Position numbers and translations under genes: made by a program
Assembly: GCA_963701325.1 (NCBI GenBank)
Contig: OY969604.1
Span: forward strand, 13,710 to 77,709
Direction: 5' to 3'
DNA: 64,000 nucleotides
Source of the DNA: an uncultured Acidimicrobiaceae bacterium
GTDB taxonomy: Bacteria > Actinomycetota > Acidimicrobiia > Acidimicrobiales > RAAP-2
The notes under the pieces: model-generated
Databases searched by the model: none
What the model was told of the DNA's origin: nothing
What the model saw: the letters and a program-made list of their open reading frames with translations, nothing else
In this document: piece after piece, positions 36,101 through 45,613 of the stretch
How the letters are laid out: every line of letters begins with the position of its first letter
Numbering within the stretch: position 1 is the first letter of the stretch

Positions 36101-36733
36101 ATGACCATCGGGGTACTCGCGCTCCAGGGTGACGTGCGGGAGCACGCGGCCGCGTTCGCCGAGCTCGAGGAGCCGGTGCGCGAGGTCCGAGAACCGGCTG
36201 ACCTCGTGGACCTCTCGGGACTGGTCGTCCCGGGCGGCGAGTCGACAACGTTGTCCCTGCTGCTCGGCTCGTCCGGTCTGTTCGACCCCCTGGCCGAGGC
36301 GCTCGCCGCCGGCCTCGCCGTGTTTGGTACCTGCGCCGGGATGATCCTGCTGGCCAGACGGGTGCTCGACGGACGCCCCGACCAGCGGCAGTTCGGCGTC
36401 ATCGACCTGACCATCCGGCGGAACGGCTACGGCCGCCAGTCTGCATCCTTCGAGACCGCGGTCACGGTGGCCGGTGTCGGGGCAGGGCCCCTGCCCGCCG
36501 TGTTCATCCGCGCCCCGTTGGTCGAGCAGTGCGGACCGGGGGTCGAGGTGCTGGCTACGCTTCCCGATGCGGGCGCTTCCCGCCTCGCCGGCACGGACCG
36601 TGGGGGGGCGACGGGCTCTCCGGTCGTCTGCCGGCAGGGACCGGTGCTCGCGGCCGCGTTCCACCCGGAGCTGACCGGGGACCGTCGACTGCACCGGCTG
36701 TTCGTGGAGATGACCAAGGAGGAGAGGCGCTAG
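36101..36733 (+). CDS. pdxT: Pyridoxal 5'-phosphate synthase glutaminase subunit PdxT
   Basis: IGVLALQGDVREH, nucleophile elbow FGTCAGMILLA, IRAP, AAAFHPELT. Confidence 0.95.
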   Translation: MTIGVLALQGDVREHAAAFAELEEPVREVREPADLVDLSGLVVPGGESTTLSLLLGSSGLFDPLAEALAAGLAVFGTCAGMILLARRVLDGRPDQRQFGVIDLTIRRNGYGRQSASFETAVTVAGVGAGPLPAVFIRAPLVEQCGPGVEVLATLPDAGASRLAGTDRGGATGSPVVCRQGPVLAAAFHPELTGDRRLHRLFVEMTKEERR

Positions 36734-36736
36734 GCC

Positions 36737-37486
36737 ATGTCGGGACACTCGAAATGGGCGACCACCAAGTACCGCAAGGGCGCGCAGGACGCTGCCCGCG
36801 CCAAGGTCTTCGCCAAGCTCATCCGCCAGATCGAGGTCGCGGCACGCGAAGGGGGGAGCGACATGACGGCGAACGCCGGCCTCCGCACGATGTACACCAA
36901 GGCCCGTGATGCGTCGGTTCCGATCGACACCATCGAACGGGCCATCAAGCGGGGATCGGGCGAGCTCGAAGGTGTTCGCTACGAGTCGATCGCCTATGAG
37001 GGCTACGCCCCCGACGGCGTGGCCGTGATCGTCGAGTGCCTCTCGGACAACCGCAACCGCACCGGTGCCGAGATCCGGAACCTCTTCAACCGGAACGGCG
37101 GGACCATGGCGGAACCCGGGGCGGTCAGCTGGCAGTTCGAACGAAAGGGCATCATCCCCGTTCCACACACCTTCGACGAGGAGCGGGTCCTCGAGGTGGC
37201 CATGGAGGCCGGCGCCGAGGATCTCACCGACGATGGCGAGCGATGGCTGGTCACCACCGCACCGTCGGACATGATGGCGGTCCGAGCCGGGTTGGAGGAG
37301 GCCGGCCTGGAGCCGGGTGCCTCGGAGCTCTCGATGGTCCCCACCTCGACGGTCGAGGTGGCCTCGGAGTCCGAGGCCAAGCGGGTCCTGCGCCTCATCG
37401 AGGCGCTCGACGACCATGACGACGTGCAGAACGTCTACGCCAATTTCGACATCCCCGACGAGATCATGGCGGCCTACGAGGGCTGA
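36737..37486 (+). CDS. yebC: YebC/PmpR-family DNA-binding transcriptional regulator
   Basis: MSGHSKWATTKYRKGAQDAARAKVFAKLIRQIEVAAREGG. 249 aa. Confidence 0.95.
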   Translation: MSGHSKWATTKYRKGAQDAARAKVFAKLIRQIEVAAREGGSDMTANAGLRTMYTKARDASVPIDTIERAIKRGSGELEGVRYESIAYEGYAPDGVAVIVECLSDNRNRTGAEIRNLFNRNGGTMAEPGAVSWQFERKGIIPVPHTFDEERVLEVAMEAGAEDLTDDGERWLVTTAPSDMMAVRAGLEEAGLEPGASELSMVPTSTVEVASESEAKRVLRLIEALDDHDDVQNVYANFDIPDEIMAAYEG

Positions 37487-37565
37487 TTCACGCATCCCGG
37501 TCGGTGCCCCTCCGGCCGCCGGGGGATCACCCCACCCGCTCGCGCTGCAGACTACTGTCGAACGC

Positions 37566-38075
37566 ATGTTCGTCCTCGGGATCGACCCTGGACTGTCGCG
37601 CTGCGGCTACGGCGTGGTCACCCGCCGGGGGGACCGCCTGACGGCGGTGGCTGGTGGTGTCGTCACCACGCCCCCCGAGATGCCGTTGCCCGACCGCCTG
37701 CACACGCTCTCGGAGGAGCTGCGTGCGCTCGTCGACGAGTTCCGGCCCGGGGCGGTCGTCGTCGAGCGGGTCTTCTTCCAGATGAACGCGCGCACCGCCA
37801 TGGCCACCGGGCAGGCCGCCGGCGTGGCGCTTGCGGCCGCGGCCGCATCGGGGTGCGAGGTGGCCCAGTACACGGCCAACGAGGTCAAGCAGGCACTGGT
37901 CGGGTTCGGCGGTGCGACCAAGGAGCAGGTGCAGCGCATGGTGGCGTCCGTGCTCGGTCTGGCCGAGCCGCCCCGCCCCCCCGACGTGGCCGACGCGTTG
38001 GCCCTTGCCGCATGCCACCTCACCGGACAACCGCTCCGACGGGCGGTGGCCGCGTCCGGCGGAGGCGTGCGATGA
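37566..38075 (+). CDS. ruvC: Crossover junction endodeoxyribonuclease RuvC
   Basis: MFVLGIDPGLSRCGYGVV...VVVERVFF...YTANEVKQALVGFGGATKEQVQ...DVADALALAACH. Confidence 0.93.
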   Translation: MFVLGIDPGLSRCGYGVVTRRGDRLTAVAGGVVTTPPEMPLPDRLHTLSEELRALVDEFRPGAVVVERVFFQMNARTAMATGQAAGVALAAAAASGCEVAQYTANEVKQALVGFGGATKEQVQRMVASVLGLAEPPRPPDVADALALAACHLTGQPLRRAVAASGGGVR

Positions 38076-38085
38076 GAGGTGTGCA

Positions 38086-38680
38086 GTGATCGGATCCCTG
38101 CGTGGCACCCTGCTCGAGCGACCCACGATGGGCGAGGTGATCGTCGAGGTGCACGGCGTGGGGTACCCGCGCGTCGGTCCCGACCTCGGTGCTCGCCTCC
38201 CTCGGCACCGTGGGCAGTGATGTCTTCCTCCACGTCCACACCCACGTCCGGGAGGACGCCATCGTCCTCTACGGATTCGCCCACGCCGACGAGCGACGGT
38301 GCTTCGAGGCCCTGCTCGGCGCGCACGGGGTCGGGCCCGCACTGGCCCTGGCCATCCTGTCGTCGCTCTCGCCTGCCGCACTCTCGACCGCGGTCCTGGA
38401 GGACGACGTGGACACTCTCTGCCTCGTTCCCGGGGTTGGCAAGAAGACCGCTGCCCGCCTCCTGCTCGAGCTCAAGGCCCGCCTCGACCTGCCCGAGCTC
38501 GGAGGGGACGGTGCCGGGACGTCCGGGTCCGGCACACGCCGTGGCGAGGCGCGCGCCGCGCTCGTCGAGCTCGGGTACGGCCCCGACGAGATCAGCGGCG
38601 CGCTCGACGGCGCCGACGAGGACGTGCCGGTCGAGGAACTCGTGCGCGCCGCCCTCCGAGAGCTGGCCCACCACCGATGA
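38086..38680 (+). pseudogene. ruvA: Holliday junction branch migration complex subunit RuvA, frameshifted (+1) in the C-run 38166-38168
   Basis: GTG 38086 gives VIGSLRGTLLERPTMGEVIVEVHGVGY, then one base on (R)ASVPTSVLASLGTVGSDVFLHVHTHVREDAIVLYGFAHADERRCFEALLGAHGVGPALALAILS...VPGVGKKTAARLLLELK (ORF 38189-38680). Confidence 0.9.
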
Positions 38681-39774
38681 CGGCCGAGGCGCGCCGCGAG
38701 GTGCTGGCTCCGCCGGGCGGAGGGGCGATGCTCGACGAGGACCCGCGTCGCCCGGTCGATCCGACCGCCGGCCCCGAGGAGGTGGAGGAGGTCGGGCTCC
38801 GGCCGCGCACCCTCGACGAGTTCGTGGGGCAGGGCCAGCTCACCGAGCACCTCCGGATCGTCGTCGAGGCAGCCCTGCGGCGCGACCAGGCGGTCGACCA
38901 CCTGCTGTTCGCCGGCCCGCCGGGGCTCGGCAAGACCTCGCTGGCCGGCATCGTCGCCGCCGAGATGGGCGTGGGGCTCCGGGTCACCTCTGGTCCGGTG
39001 CTGGTCCGGGCCGGCGATCTGGCCGCCCTCCTCACCGATCTCCAGGAGGGGGACGTCCTGTTCATCGACGAGATCCACCGGCTCCACCGGTCGGTCGAGG
39101 AGATCCTCTATCCGGCCATGGAGGACTTCAAGCTCGACATCCTGATCGGCAAGGGTCCGACTGCACGCAGCATCCGGCTCGACCTACCCCGGTTCACCCT
39201 GATCGGCGCAACCACACGGACCGGGCTGGTGGCAGGGCCGCTGCGCGACCGGTTCGGGTTCGTCGGGCGCCTCGACCTCTACGCCGTCGAGGAGCTCGAG
39301 GCCATCGTGCGCCGGACGGCGGGTCTCCTGCGGGTGCCCATCGACAGCGACGGGGCCCGCAGGGTCGCCGAACGGTCCCGGGGCACGCCGCGCGTTGCCA
39401 ACCGGCTGCTGCGCCGGGTGCGCGACTTCGTCGAGGTCCGGGCGGAGGGCACGATCACCTCCGAGGCCGCCGTCGCCGGACTGGACGTCTTCGGGGTCGA
39501 CGTGCTCGGGCTGGACAAGGTCGACCGGGCAATCCTCGACGTGCTCTGCCGCCGGTACGCCGGTCGTCCGGTGGGGCTCACGACGCTGTCCCAGTGCATC
39601 GGCGAGGAGACCGACACCATCGAGGAGGCCTACGAGCCGTACCTCCTCCAGCAGGGCCTGATCCAACGAACCGCCCGGGGCCGGATCCCCGGCCCGGCCG
39701 CCTGGGCCCACCTCGGGATCAGCCCGGGCGAGACCCCGTCGCTCTGGCCGTCGACGCCGACCGATCCCTTCTGA
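38677..39774 (+). CDS. ruvB: Holliday junction branch migration DNA helicase RuvB
   Basis: LRPRTLDEFVGQ, Walker A GPPGLGKTS, DVLFIDEIHRL, TLIGATTR, RGTPRVANRLLRRVRD. ATG 38677 overlaps the ruvA TGA (ATGA). Confidence 0.97.
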   Translation: MTAEARREVLAPPGGGAMLDEDPRRPVDPTAGPEEVEEVGLRPRTLDEFVGQGQLTEHLRIVVEAALRRDQAVDHLLFAGPPGLGKTSLAGIVAAEMGVGLRVTSGPVLVRAGDLAALLTDLQEGDVLFIDEIHRLHRSVEEILYPAMEDFKLDILIGKGPTARSIRLDLPRFTLIGATTRTGLVAGPLRDRFGFVGRLDLYAVEELEAIVRRTAGLLRVPIDSDGARRVAERSRGTPRVANRLLRRVRDFVEVRAEGTITSEAAVAGLDVFGVDVLGLDKVDRAILDVLCRRYAGRPVGLTTLSQCIGEETDTIEEAYEPYLLQQGLIQRTARGRIPGPAAWAHLGISPGETPSLWPSTPTDPF

Positions 39775-39892
39775 CGTCCCCGGGCGTGGTGCCCGCGGCG
39801 CGTGCGGTGCCACCATGGACCCCGTGTCCGAGCCCCCCGACCAGCGGTCGCCGCCGGGGCTCCGCAATCCCTCCCCTCCCGGCCGCACCCCG

Positions 39893-40963
39893 ATGGACGC
39901 CTACGACTACGGACTGCCAGAGGTCGCCATCGCACAGGAACCGATCGAGCCGCGGTCGGCGGCCCGGCTCCTGATCGGCCCGGGTCTCGGTGGGGAGGCG
40001 GGTCCTCGGCACGCGACGGTGGCCGACCTGCCGGGACTCCTCCGTCCCGGTGACGTGCTCGTGGTCAACGAGACCAGGGTGCTGGCCGCGAGGCTCACCC
40101 TCTCGAGGCTCGGCGGTGGTCGGGCCGAGGTCCTCCTGGTCGAGCCCCTCCCGGGTGGGGACGAGTGGGAGGCCCTGGTCCGCCCGGGGCGCCGACTCCC
40201 GGCCGGCTCGCTCCTCGTCGAGCCCGGTCACACCTCGACCGGGCCGGTGGTCGAGGTGGGGGGCCCACTCGACGGGCGGGGGACCCGGAGGGTCCGGCTC
40301 CTCGACCCGGGCATCGTGGGCCGGGCGGGTTCGATGCCCCTCCCGCCGTACATCCGTCACCAGCCGGACGACCCCGACCGCTACCAGACCGTCTACGCCG
40401 CCGACCGCGCGCTCGTCGATCGCTCAGCTGCCGCCCCGACGGCCGGGCTGCACTTCACCGACGGGTTGCTCGAGCAGTGCCGAGCAGCGGGCGCCCGCCT
40501 GGCCCGGGTGGATCTGGCCATCGGGCTCGACACCTTCCGCCCGGTCACCGCACCGAGCGCCGAGGAGCACGTGATCCACACCGAGCGCTACTCGGTACCG
40601 GCCGACACGGTGGTCGCCTGCCGGGACGCCGAGCGGGTGGTGGCGGTCGGAACCACGGTGGTGCGCGCCCTCGAGTCCGCCGCCGCCACGGGCGCACTGT
40701 CCGGGCGGACCGGCCTCTACATCCACGGGGAGTTCCGGTTCCGGGTCGTCGACGTCCTGGTCACCAACTTCCACCTGCCCCGCTCGAGCCTCCTGCTCCT
40801 GGTGGAGTCCTTCGGCGGGCCGTGCTGGCGCGAGCTCTACGCCATCGCCCTGGCCACGGGCTACCGGTTCCTCTCGTTCGGTGACGCGATGATCGTCGGC
40901 CGCGCCGGTGAGAAGGGTGTGCCGAGGTGGGGATCCGGTACACCCGCTCCGGGCCCCGCATGA
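39893..40963 (+). CDS. queA: tRNA preQ1(34) S-adenosylmethionine ribosyltransferase-isomerase QueA
   Basis: MDAYDYGLPEVAIAQEPIEPRSAARLL matches the usual QueA N-terminus. MPLPPYI, AAPTAGLHFT, VGTTVVRALES, TNFHLPRSSLL. The ORF is open from 39815, but the extra 26 aa look non-native. Confidence 0.9.
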   Translation: MDAYDYGLPEVAIAQEPIEPRSAARLLIGPGLGGEAGPRHATVADLPGLLRPGDVLVVNETRVLAARLTLSRLGGGRAEVLLVEPLPGGDEWEALVRPGRRLPAGSLLVEPGHTSTGPVVEVGGPLDGRGTRRVRLLDPGIVGRAGSMPLPPYIRHQPDDPDRYQTVYAADRALVDRSAAAPTAGLHFTDGLLEQCRAAGARLARVDLAIGLDTFRPVTAPSAEEHVIHTERYSVPADTVVACRDAERVVAVGTTVVRALESAAATGALSGRTGLYIHGEFRFRVVDVLVTNFHLPRSSLLLLVESFGGPCWRELYAIALATGYRFLSFGDAMIVGRAGEKGVPRWGSGTPAPGPA

Positions 40964-42075
40964 ACCCTGTGACGGTCGAAGTCACCGCGACCGATGGGGC
41001 CGCTCGGACCGGTCGGGTGCTGACCCCTCGTGGCTCCTACCGGGTGCCGGCCTTCATGCCGGTCGGGACGAGGGGGTCGGTCAAGGCCCTCGACAGCGCC
41101 GACCTCGAGACCCTCGGGGCCGAGGTGGTGCTGGCCAACACCTACCACCTGCTGCTGCGGCCCGGGGCCCGGGTGGTGGCCGCGCTCGGCGGCCTGCACC
41201 GCTTCACCGGGTGGGTCGGGCACACCCTCACCGATTCCGGCGGGTTCCAGGTGCACTCGCTGCGCCCGACGGTCGACGACGACGGGGTCACCTTCCGGTC
41301 GGTCTACGACGGCTCGGTCATCCGGATGACCCCCGAGTCGGCGGTCGAGGCCCAGGGCCTGATCGGGGCCGACATCCAGATGGTGCTCGACGTCTGCGCC
41401 ACCCTGCCGGCCACCACCGAGGTGCTCCGGCTTGCCGTCGAGCGCACCGCGGCCTGGGCGGAACGGGCCCGTCGTCACCACGTCCGGCTCGAGGCCCGGC
41501 CTGAGCGACAGGCACTGTTCGGGGTGGTCCAGGGCGGAACCGACGCCATGCTCAGGATCGAGAGCGCGGACCGGACGGTCGCCCTCGAGCTCGACGGCTA
41601 CGGCATCGGGGGCCTCTCGGTCGGCGAGCCGCGGCCGGCCATGCTCGAAGCCCTCGCCGTCACCGTGCCCAGGCTGCCGGCCGATCGCCCGCGCTACCTG
41701 ATGGGGGTCGGCGACCCGGTCGGGATGCTCGAGGCGATCGCCCTCGGGGTCGATCAGTTCGACTGCGTGGCCCCGACCCGGCTCGCCCGCCATGGGGCCC
41801 TCTGGACGAGCGCCGGCCGGCTCAACCTCCGGAATGCTGCCTACGCAACCGACGACGGCCCGATCGACCCTTCGTGCCGATGCCCGACCTGTGGCCGCTG
41901 GTCGCGGGGGTATCTCCGGCACCTGCTGTCGGTCGGCGAGCCGACGGCCTGGCGCCTGCTCAGCCTGCACAACCTGGCCTACGTGCTCGATCTCATGGAG
42001 CAGGCCCGTGACGCCATCTCGCGCGGGCAGCTCGACGCGCTCCGGACCCGGACCGCCGACCGATGGGAGAACTGA
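40960..42075 (+). CDS. tgt: tRNA guanosine(34) transglycosylase Tgt
   Basis: PAFMPVGT, LANTYHL, TDSGGFQV, GYGIGGLSVGE, LMGVG, zinc site CRCPTCGRWSRGYLRHL. ATG 40960 overlaps the queA TGA (ATGA). Confidence 0.93.
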   Translation: MNPVTVEVTATDGAARTGRVLTPRGSYRVPAFMPVGTRGSVKALDSADLETLGAEVVLANTYHLLLRPGARVVAALGGLHRFTGWVGHTLTDSGGFQVHSLRPTVDDDGVTFRSVYDGSVIRMTPESAVEAQGLIGADIQMVLDVCATLPATTEVLRLAVERTAAWAERARRHHVRLEARPERQALFGVVQGGTDAMLRIESADRTVALELDGYGIGGLSVGEPRPAMLEALAVTVPRLPADRPRYLMGVGDPVGMLEAIALGVDQFDCVAPTRLARHGALWTSAGRLNLRNAAYATDDGPIDPSCRCPTCGRWSRGYLRHLLSVGEPTAWRLLSLHNLAYVLDLMEQARDAISRGQLDALRTRTADRWEN

Positions 42076-42157
42076 GGCCGCCGGCCCGTCTGTCGGGCGC
42101 CCCTGGGCTACAGTCGGTGCGCTGTGCAGACCGCCGACCCCCTTCTTCCACCGCACG

Positions 42158-42625
42158 ATGCCTGACGTCCAGAGCCTGGTCGGGGCCCTGGCGGGCGCGT
42201 CATCGAAGACGACCTCGAGCAGCGGGTCGTCGATCATCTACATCTTGCTCATCGTCGGGGTGGGCTTCTACTTCTTCATCTACCGCCCCCAGCAGCGCAA
42301 GGCCAAGGCCATCCGGGAGCGGTCGAACGCATTCGAGGTGGGTGACGAGGTGGTGACGGCCGGCGGCATCGTCGGGCACGTGATCGACATCGACGGTGAC
42401 CGGATCACCCTCGAGACCAGCGTGGGCGCCTCGTTCGTGGTGCTCCGCCCATACATCCTCCGCAAGCTCGAACCATCTGGGGCGGAGGTCGACGACGAAG
42501 AGGCCGACGACGAGGACCCCTCGGACGTGGACGACGAGGCCCACGAGGACGACGAGAGCCATGCCGACCACGAGAACGACGGGCACGACGAGCCCAGCGG
42601 GGCAGACGGCTCCCCGGCCGCCTGA
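42158..42625 (+). CDS. yajC: Preprotein translocase subunit YajC with a ~50-aa acidic C-terminal tail
   Basis: TM segment plus YFFIYRPQQRKAK and GDEVVTAGGIVGHV. The tail is EPSGAEVDDEEADDEDPSDVDDEAHEDDESHADHENDGHDEPSG. Confidence 0.85.
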   Translation: MPDVQSLVGALAGASSKTTSSSGSSIIYILLIVGVGFYFFIYRPQQRKAKAIRERSNAFEVGDEVVTAGGIVGHVIDIDGDRITLETSVGASFVVLRPYILRKLEPSGAEVDDEEADDEDPSDVDDEAHEDDESHADHENDGHDEPSGADGSPAA

Positions 42626-42631
42626 GCAGCC

Positions 42632-44143
42632 ATGAGGGACAAGCGCAACCTCTGGATCAGCCTCATCGCCGTGGTCGGGGTCGCGGTCATCCTGCTCGGC
42701 GTGACCCTGGCCAAGGGCTGGTCACCCAAGCTCGGCCTGGACCTCGACGGCGGGCTCTCGGTCGTCTACCAGACCCACACCCCGGTCAACTCCGCAGAGC
42801 TCGACACGATCGTGACCATCCTCAACGACCGGGTCGGCAACGGGACGAGCGGGGCCACTGTCGAGAGCCAGGGAAAGAACCAGATCGCGGTCTCGGTTCC
42901 CGGGGCCAAGAACTCCCAGCAGATCCTCGCAAACCTCGGCAACACCGGCCAGCTGTTCTTCCGGCCCGCCCTCTGCTACGCGAACAATCTCCAGGTGCCC
43001 AAGGGTCAGAAGCCCTCGACCGGGCCCCTCCCGACCACCTGTGCAGCGACCTCGCAGCTCACAGCAGCGAACCTCGCGGTCAACACGAGTACGAGCCAGG
43101 CTACCAAGACGCCGCCTCCCGATCCGCAGTTCACGACCTACCCGACGACCAGTCCGGACAACGACAAGGAACACTCGACCGTCCTCCTGCCCGGCACCGG
43201 GGCCGCCGCGGTCAACGGACGCTACGTGCTCGGTCCGGCCGGGCTCTCGGGCACGGGTGTCCACTCGGCCACCGCCCAGGTCAACAGCGGACAGTGGGTG
43301 GTCAACATGAGCCTGACCTCTGCGGGGAGCCAGGCATGGGACACCCTCGCTATGCAACAGTTCCACGCCATCATCGCAGTGGATCTCGACGGCCAGGTCA
43401 TCACGGCCCCGATCACCCAACCAGGGCAGTCCACCTTCTCCCAATTCAACGGCCAGGTGCAGATCTCGGGGAACTTCACCGAGGACCAGGCCAAGACGCT
43501 CGCCGCCGACCTCAACTTCGGCGCGCTGCCCGTGAAGCTCGACCGCCTGACCGTGCAGACCGTCTCGCCCACGCTCGGCAAGTCGTCGCTGCAGGCCGGC
43601 CTCATCTCCGGCCTCTTCGGTCTGGCCCTGGTCATGCTCTACACGATCTTCTACTACCGCCTTCTCGGCGTGGTCGTGGTCGCCGGCCTCACGGTGACCG
43701 GTGCGCTGCTCTGGTCGATCATCGCGATCATGGGACAGGCCCTCAACACCACCATCGACCTCGCCGGCGTGATCGGCATCATCGTTTCCATCGGCATCAC
43801 CGTCGACTCCTACATCGTCTACTTCGAGCGACTGAAAGACGAGGCGCGCTCCGGCCGCACCGTGCGGACCAGCGTGGACCGCGGCTTCAAGAGCGCCTTC
43901 CGCACCGTGCTCGCAGCCGACTTCGTGTCCTTCCTCGGTGCGGTGATCCTCTACGAGCTCTCGCTCGGGCCGGTGCAGGGCTTCGCTCTCTTCCTCGGCA
44001 TCTCGACCATCCTCGACGTGTTCGTGACCTACTTCTTCACCCGCCCGTTCGTGATCCTGCTCGGCCGGAGCCGGACCGCAACCGAGGCCAAGAGCATGGG
44101 GGTCGCCCGCGGTCTCGGTATGCACGCGGAGGCGGTCGCATGA
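42632..44143 (+). CDS. secD: Protein translocase subunit SecD
   Basis: LGLDLDGGLSVVYQ, large periplasmic domain, C-terminal 6-TM bundle with GIIVSIGITVDSYIVYFER. 503 aa. Confidence 0.93.
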   Translation: MRDKRNLWISLIAVVGVAVILLGVTLAKGWSPKLGLDLDGGLSVVYQTHTPVNSAELDTIVTILNDRVGNGTSGATVESQGKNQIAVSVPGAKNSQQILANLGNTGQLFFRPALCYANNLQVPKGQKPSTGPLPTTCAATSQLTAANLAVNTSTSQATKTPPPDPQFTTYPTTSPDNDKEHSTVLLPGTGAAAVNGRYVLGPAGLSGTGVHSATAQVNSGQWVVNMSLTSAGSQAWDTLAMQQFHAIIAVDLDGQVITAPITQPGQSTFSQFNGQVQISGNFTEDQAKTLAADLNFGALPVKLDRLTVQTVSPTLGKSSLQAGLISGLFGLALVMLYTIFYYRLLGVVVVAGLTVTGALLWSIIAIMGQALNTTIDLAGVIGIIVSIGITVDSYIVYFERLKDEARSGRTVRTSVDRGFKSAFRTVLAADFVSFLGAVILYELSLGPVQGFALFLGISTILDVFVTYFFTRPFVILLGRSRTATEAKSMGVARGLGMHAEAVA

Positions 44144-45597
44144 CCCCGGATCGCGACGGCGACGGCACGACCGTCGACGAGGTGGTCGAGGAGCTCGAGT
44201 CCCCCGAAGAGGAGCTCGAGGAGGCCTTCGACGACGAGCTCGCGCACGCCGCCGAGCTCGAGGCGGCCGAGGCCGGCGGGGCGAAGCGGCCCAACGCCCT
44301 GCTTCGCCTCTACCGCGGCGAGACCTCCTTCGACTTCATCGGCAACCGCCGATGGTGGTTCGGGGTCTCCGCCCTGATCATCGTCCTCGGCATCTTCTCG
44401 CTCGGGATCCGCGGCCTCAACGAGGGCATCGACTTCAAGGGCGGTCAGTCCTGGACCGTTTCGTCCCAGACGCTGACCGTTCCGCAAGCCACCTCGGCGG
44501 TCGAGGGCGCCGGTCTCTCGCAACCCACGGTGGTCCAGCTCACCGATCAGCTCAACGGCCAGAAGCAGATCCAGGTCACCGCCGACCTCAACTCGAAGTC
44601 GGTCAGCGAGCGCCAGGCGATCGAGACCAAGGTCCAGGACGCGTTGGCCGGCGCGGCCCACGTGAGCAACCCCAACGACGTGAGCTACAGCGAGGTCGGG
44701 TCCACCTGGGGGTCGCAGGTCACCCACAAGGCCATCGAGGCGCTCATCGTCTTCTTCATCGCGGTGACCGCCTACATCTCCCTGCGCTTCGAGTTCAAGA
44801 TGGCGGTTGCCGCCATCGTGGCCGTGTTCCACGACGTCCTCATCGTGCTCGGCATCTATTCGATCTTCGGCTTCCTCGTCACGCCGGACACGGTGATCGC
44901 CGTGCTCACCGTGCTCGGCTACTCGCTCTACGACACGGTCGTCGTCTTCGACCGGATCAGGGACAACTCCCAGGGGCTCGGCGCGTCTGGCAGGATCACC
45001 TACTCGGACATGGTCAACCTCTCGATGAACCAGACGCTGGCCAGGTCCATCAACACCTCGCTGGTCGCGATCATCCCCGTGCTCTCCGTGCTGCTCATCG
45101 GCTCGGTGCTCCTCGGTGCCGAGACGCTCCAGAGCTTCGGCCTGGCGCTGGTCATCGGCCTGACCAGCGGCGCCTACTCGTCGATCTTCATCGCCTCGCC
45201 CCTGCTCGCCCTCATGAAGGAGCGGGAATCGCGGTATGTCACCATCCGCCAGCGTCTCGACGCGCGGGGCGAACGCGGGCCCGCGCTGACCCCGGCCGCC
45301 GCCGCGGCGCTGGCCGGCGCCGCGGGTGGGAGCGGCCGGGGCTCGTCGAAGGTCCGGACCTCCACCGGGGTCATCCGGCCGGGCCAGGGGAAGTCGCAGA
45401 AACGGTCCGGCGCGCCGGCGGCGGCCACTGCAGTCGCCGCCACGACCGCCGGCGGTGCCAAGCAGTCTGGGTCGGCAGGCGCTGCACGCACCGGGGGCCC
45501 CGGTCCGTCCGCGTCGGGCTCGACCCGACCCGCCGGCAACCGTCCTCCGCCGCGACCTCGCAAGGGGAAGGGGAAGGGGAAAGGCAAGCGGCGCTGA
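44140..45597 (+). CDS. secF: Protein translocase subunit SecF with an acidic N-terminal and a ~115-aa Ala/Gly/Arg/Lys-rich C-terminal extension
   Basis: FDFIGNRRWWFGVSALIIVLGI, GIDFKGG, FHDVLIVLGIYS, GYSLYDTVVVFDRIR, ending ...RPRKGKGKGKGKRR. ATG 44140 overlaps the secD TGA (ATGA). Confidence 0.93.
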   Translation: MTPDRDGDGTTVDEVVEELESPEEELEEAFDDELAHAAELEAAEAGGAKRPNALLRLYRGETSFDFIGNRRWWFGVSALIIVLGIFSLGIRGLNEGIDFKGGQSWTVSSQTLTVPQATSAVEGAGLSQPTVVQLTDQLNGQKQIQVTADLNSKSVSERQAIETKVQDALAGAAHVSNPNDVSYSEVGSTWGSQVTHKAIEALIVFFIAVTAYISLRFEFKMAVAAIVAVFHDVLIVLGIYSIFGFLVTPDTVIAVLTVLGYSLYDTVVVFDRIRDNSQGLGASGRITYSDMVNLSMNQTLARSINTSLVAIIPVLSVLLIGSVLLGAETLQSFGLALVIGLTSGAYSSIFIASPLLALMKERESRYVTIRQRLDARGERGPALTPAAAAALAGAAGGSGRGSSKVRTSTGVIRPGQGKSQKRSGAPAAATAVAATTAGGAKQSGSAGAARTGGPGPSASGSTRPAGNRPPPRPRKGKGKGKGKRR

Positions 45598-45603
45598 CCG
45601 TCG

Positions 45604-45613
45604 CCCCCCCCCC
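45604..45613 (+). repeat. C10 homopolymer in the secF-rel intergenic region, partly forming a hairpin
   Basis: Ten consecutive C residues begin 7 nt after the secF stop. CCCCGGC (45610-45616) pairs with GCCGGGG (45624-45630), leaving a 7-nt loop. Confidence 0.9.

Noticed and set aside
34090-36132. 680-aa ORF spanning the marR antisense region, yceI and pdxS
   Set aside because: Only residues corresponding to 34486-34941 are YceI. The rest is read-through after the +1 insertion, out of frame with pdxS, which is intact in its own frame.
39815-39892. Longest-ORF starts for queA (39815), npdG (23145), aroE (60919), aspS (49410), CBS (10328), tgt (40927) and the cupin (7123)
   Set aside because: The N-terminal extensions are Arg/Pro-rich and overlap upstream genes or lack an RBS. 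Family-typical N-termini begin at the internal starts given in the feature table, and several of those coincide with ATGA/GTGA coupling or a GGAGG-type RBS.
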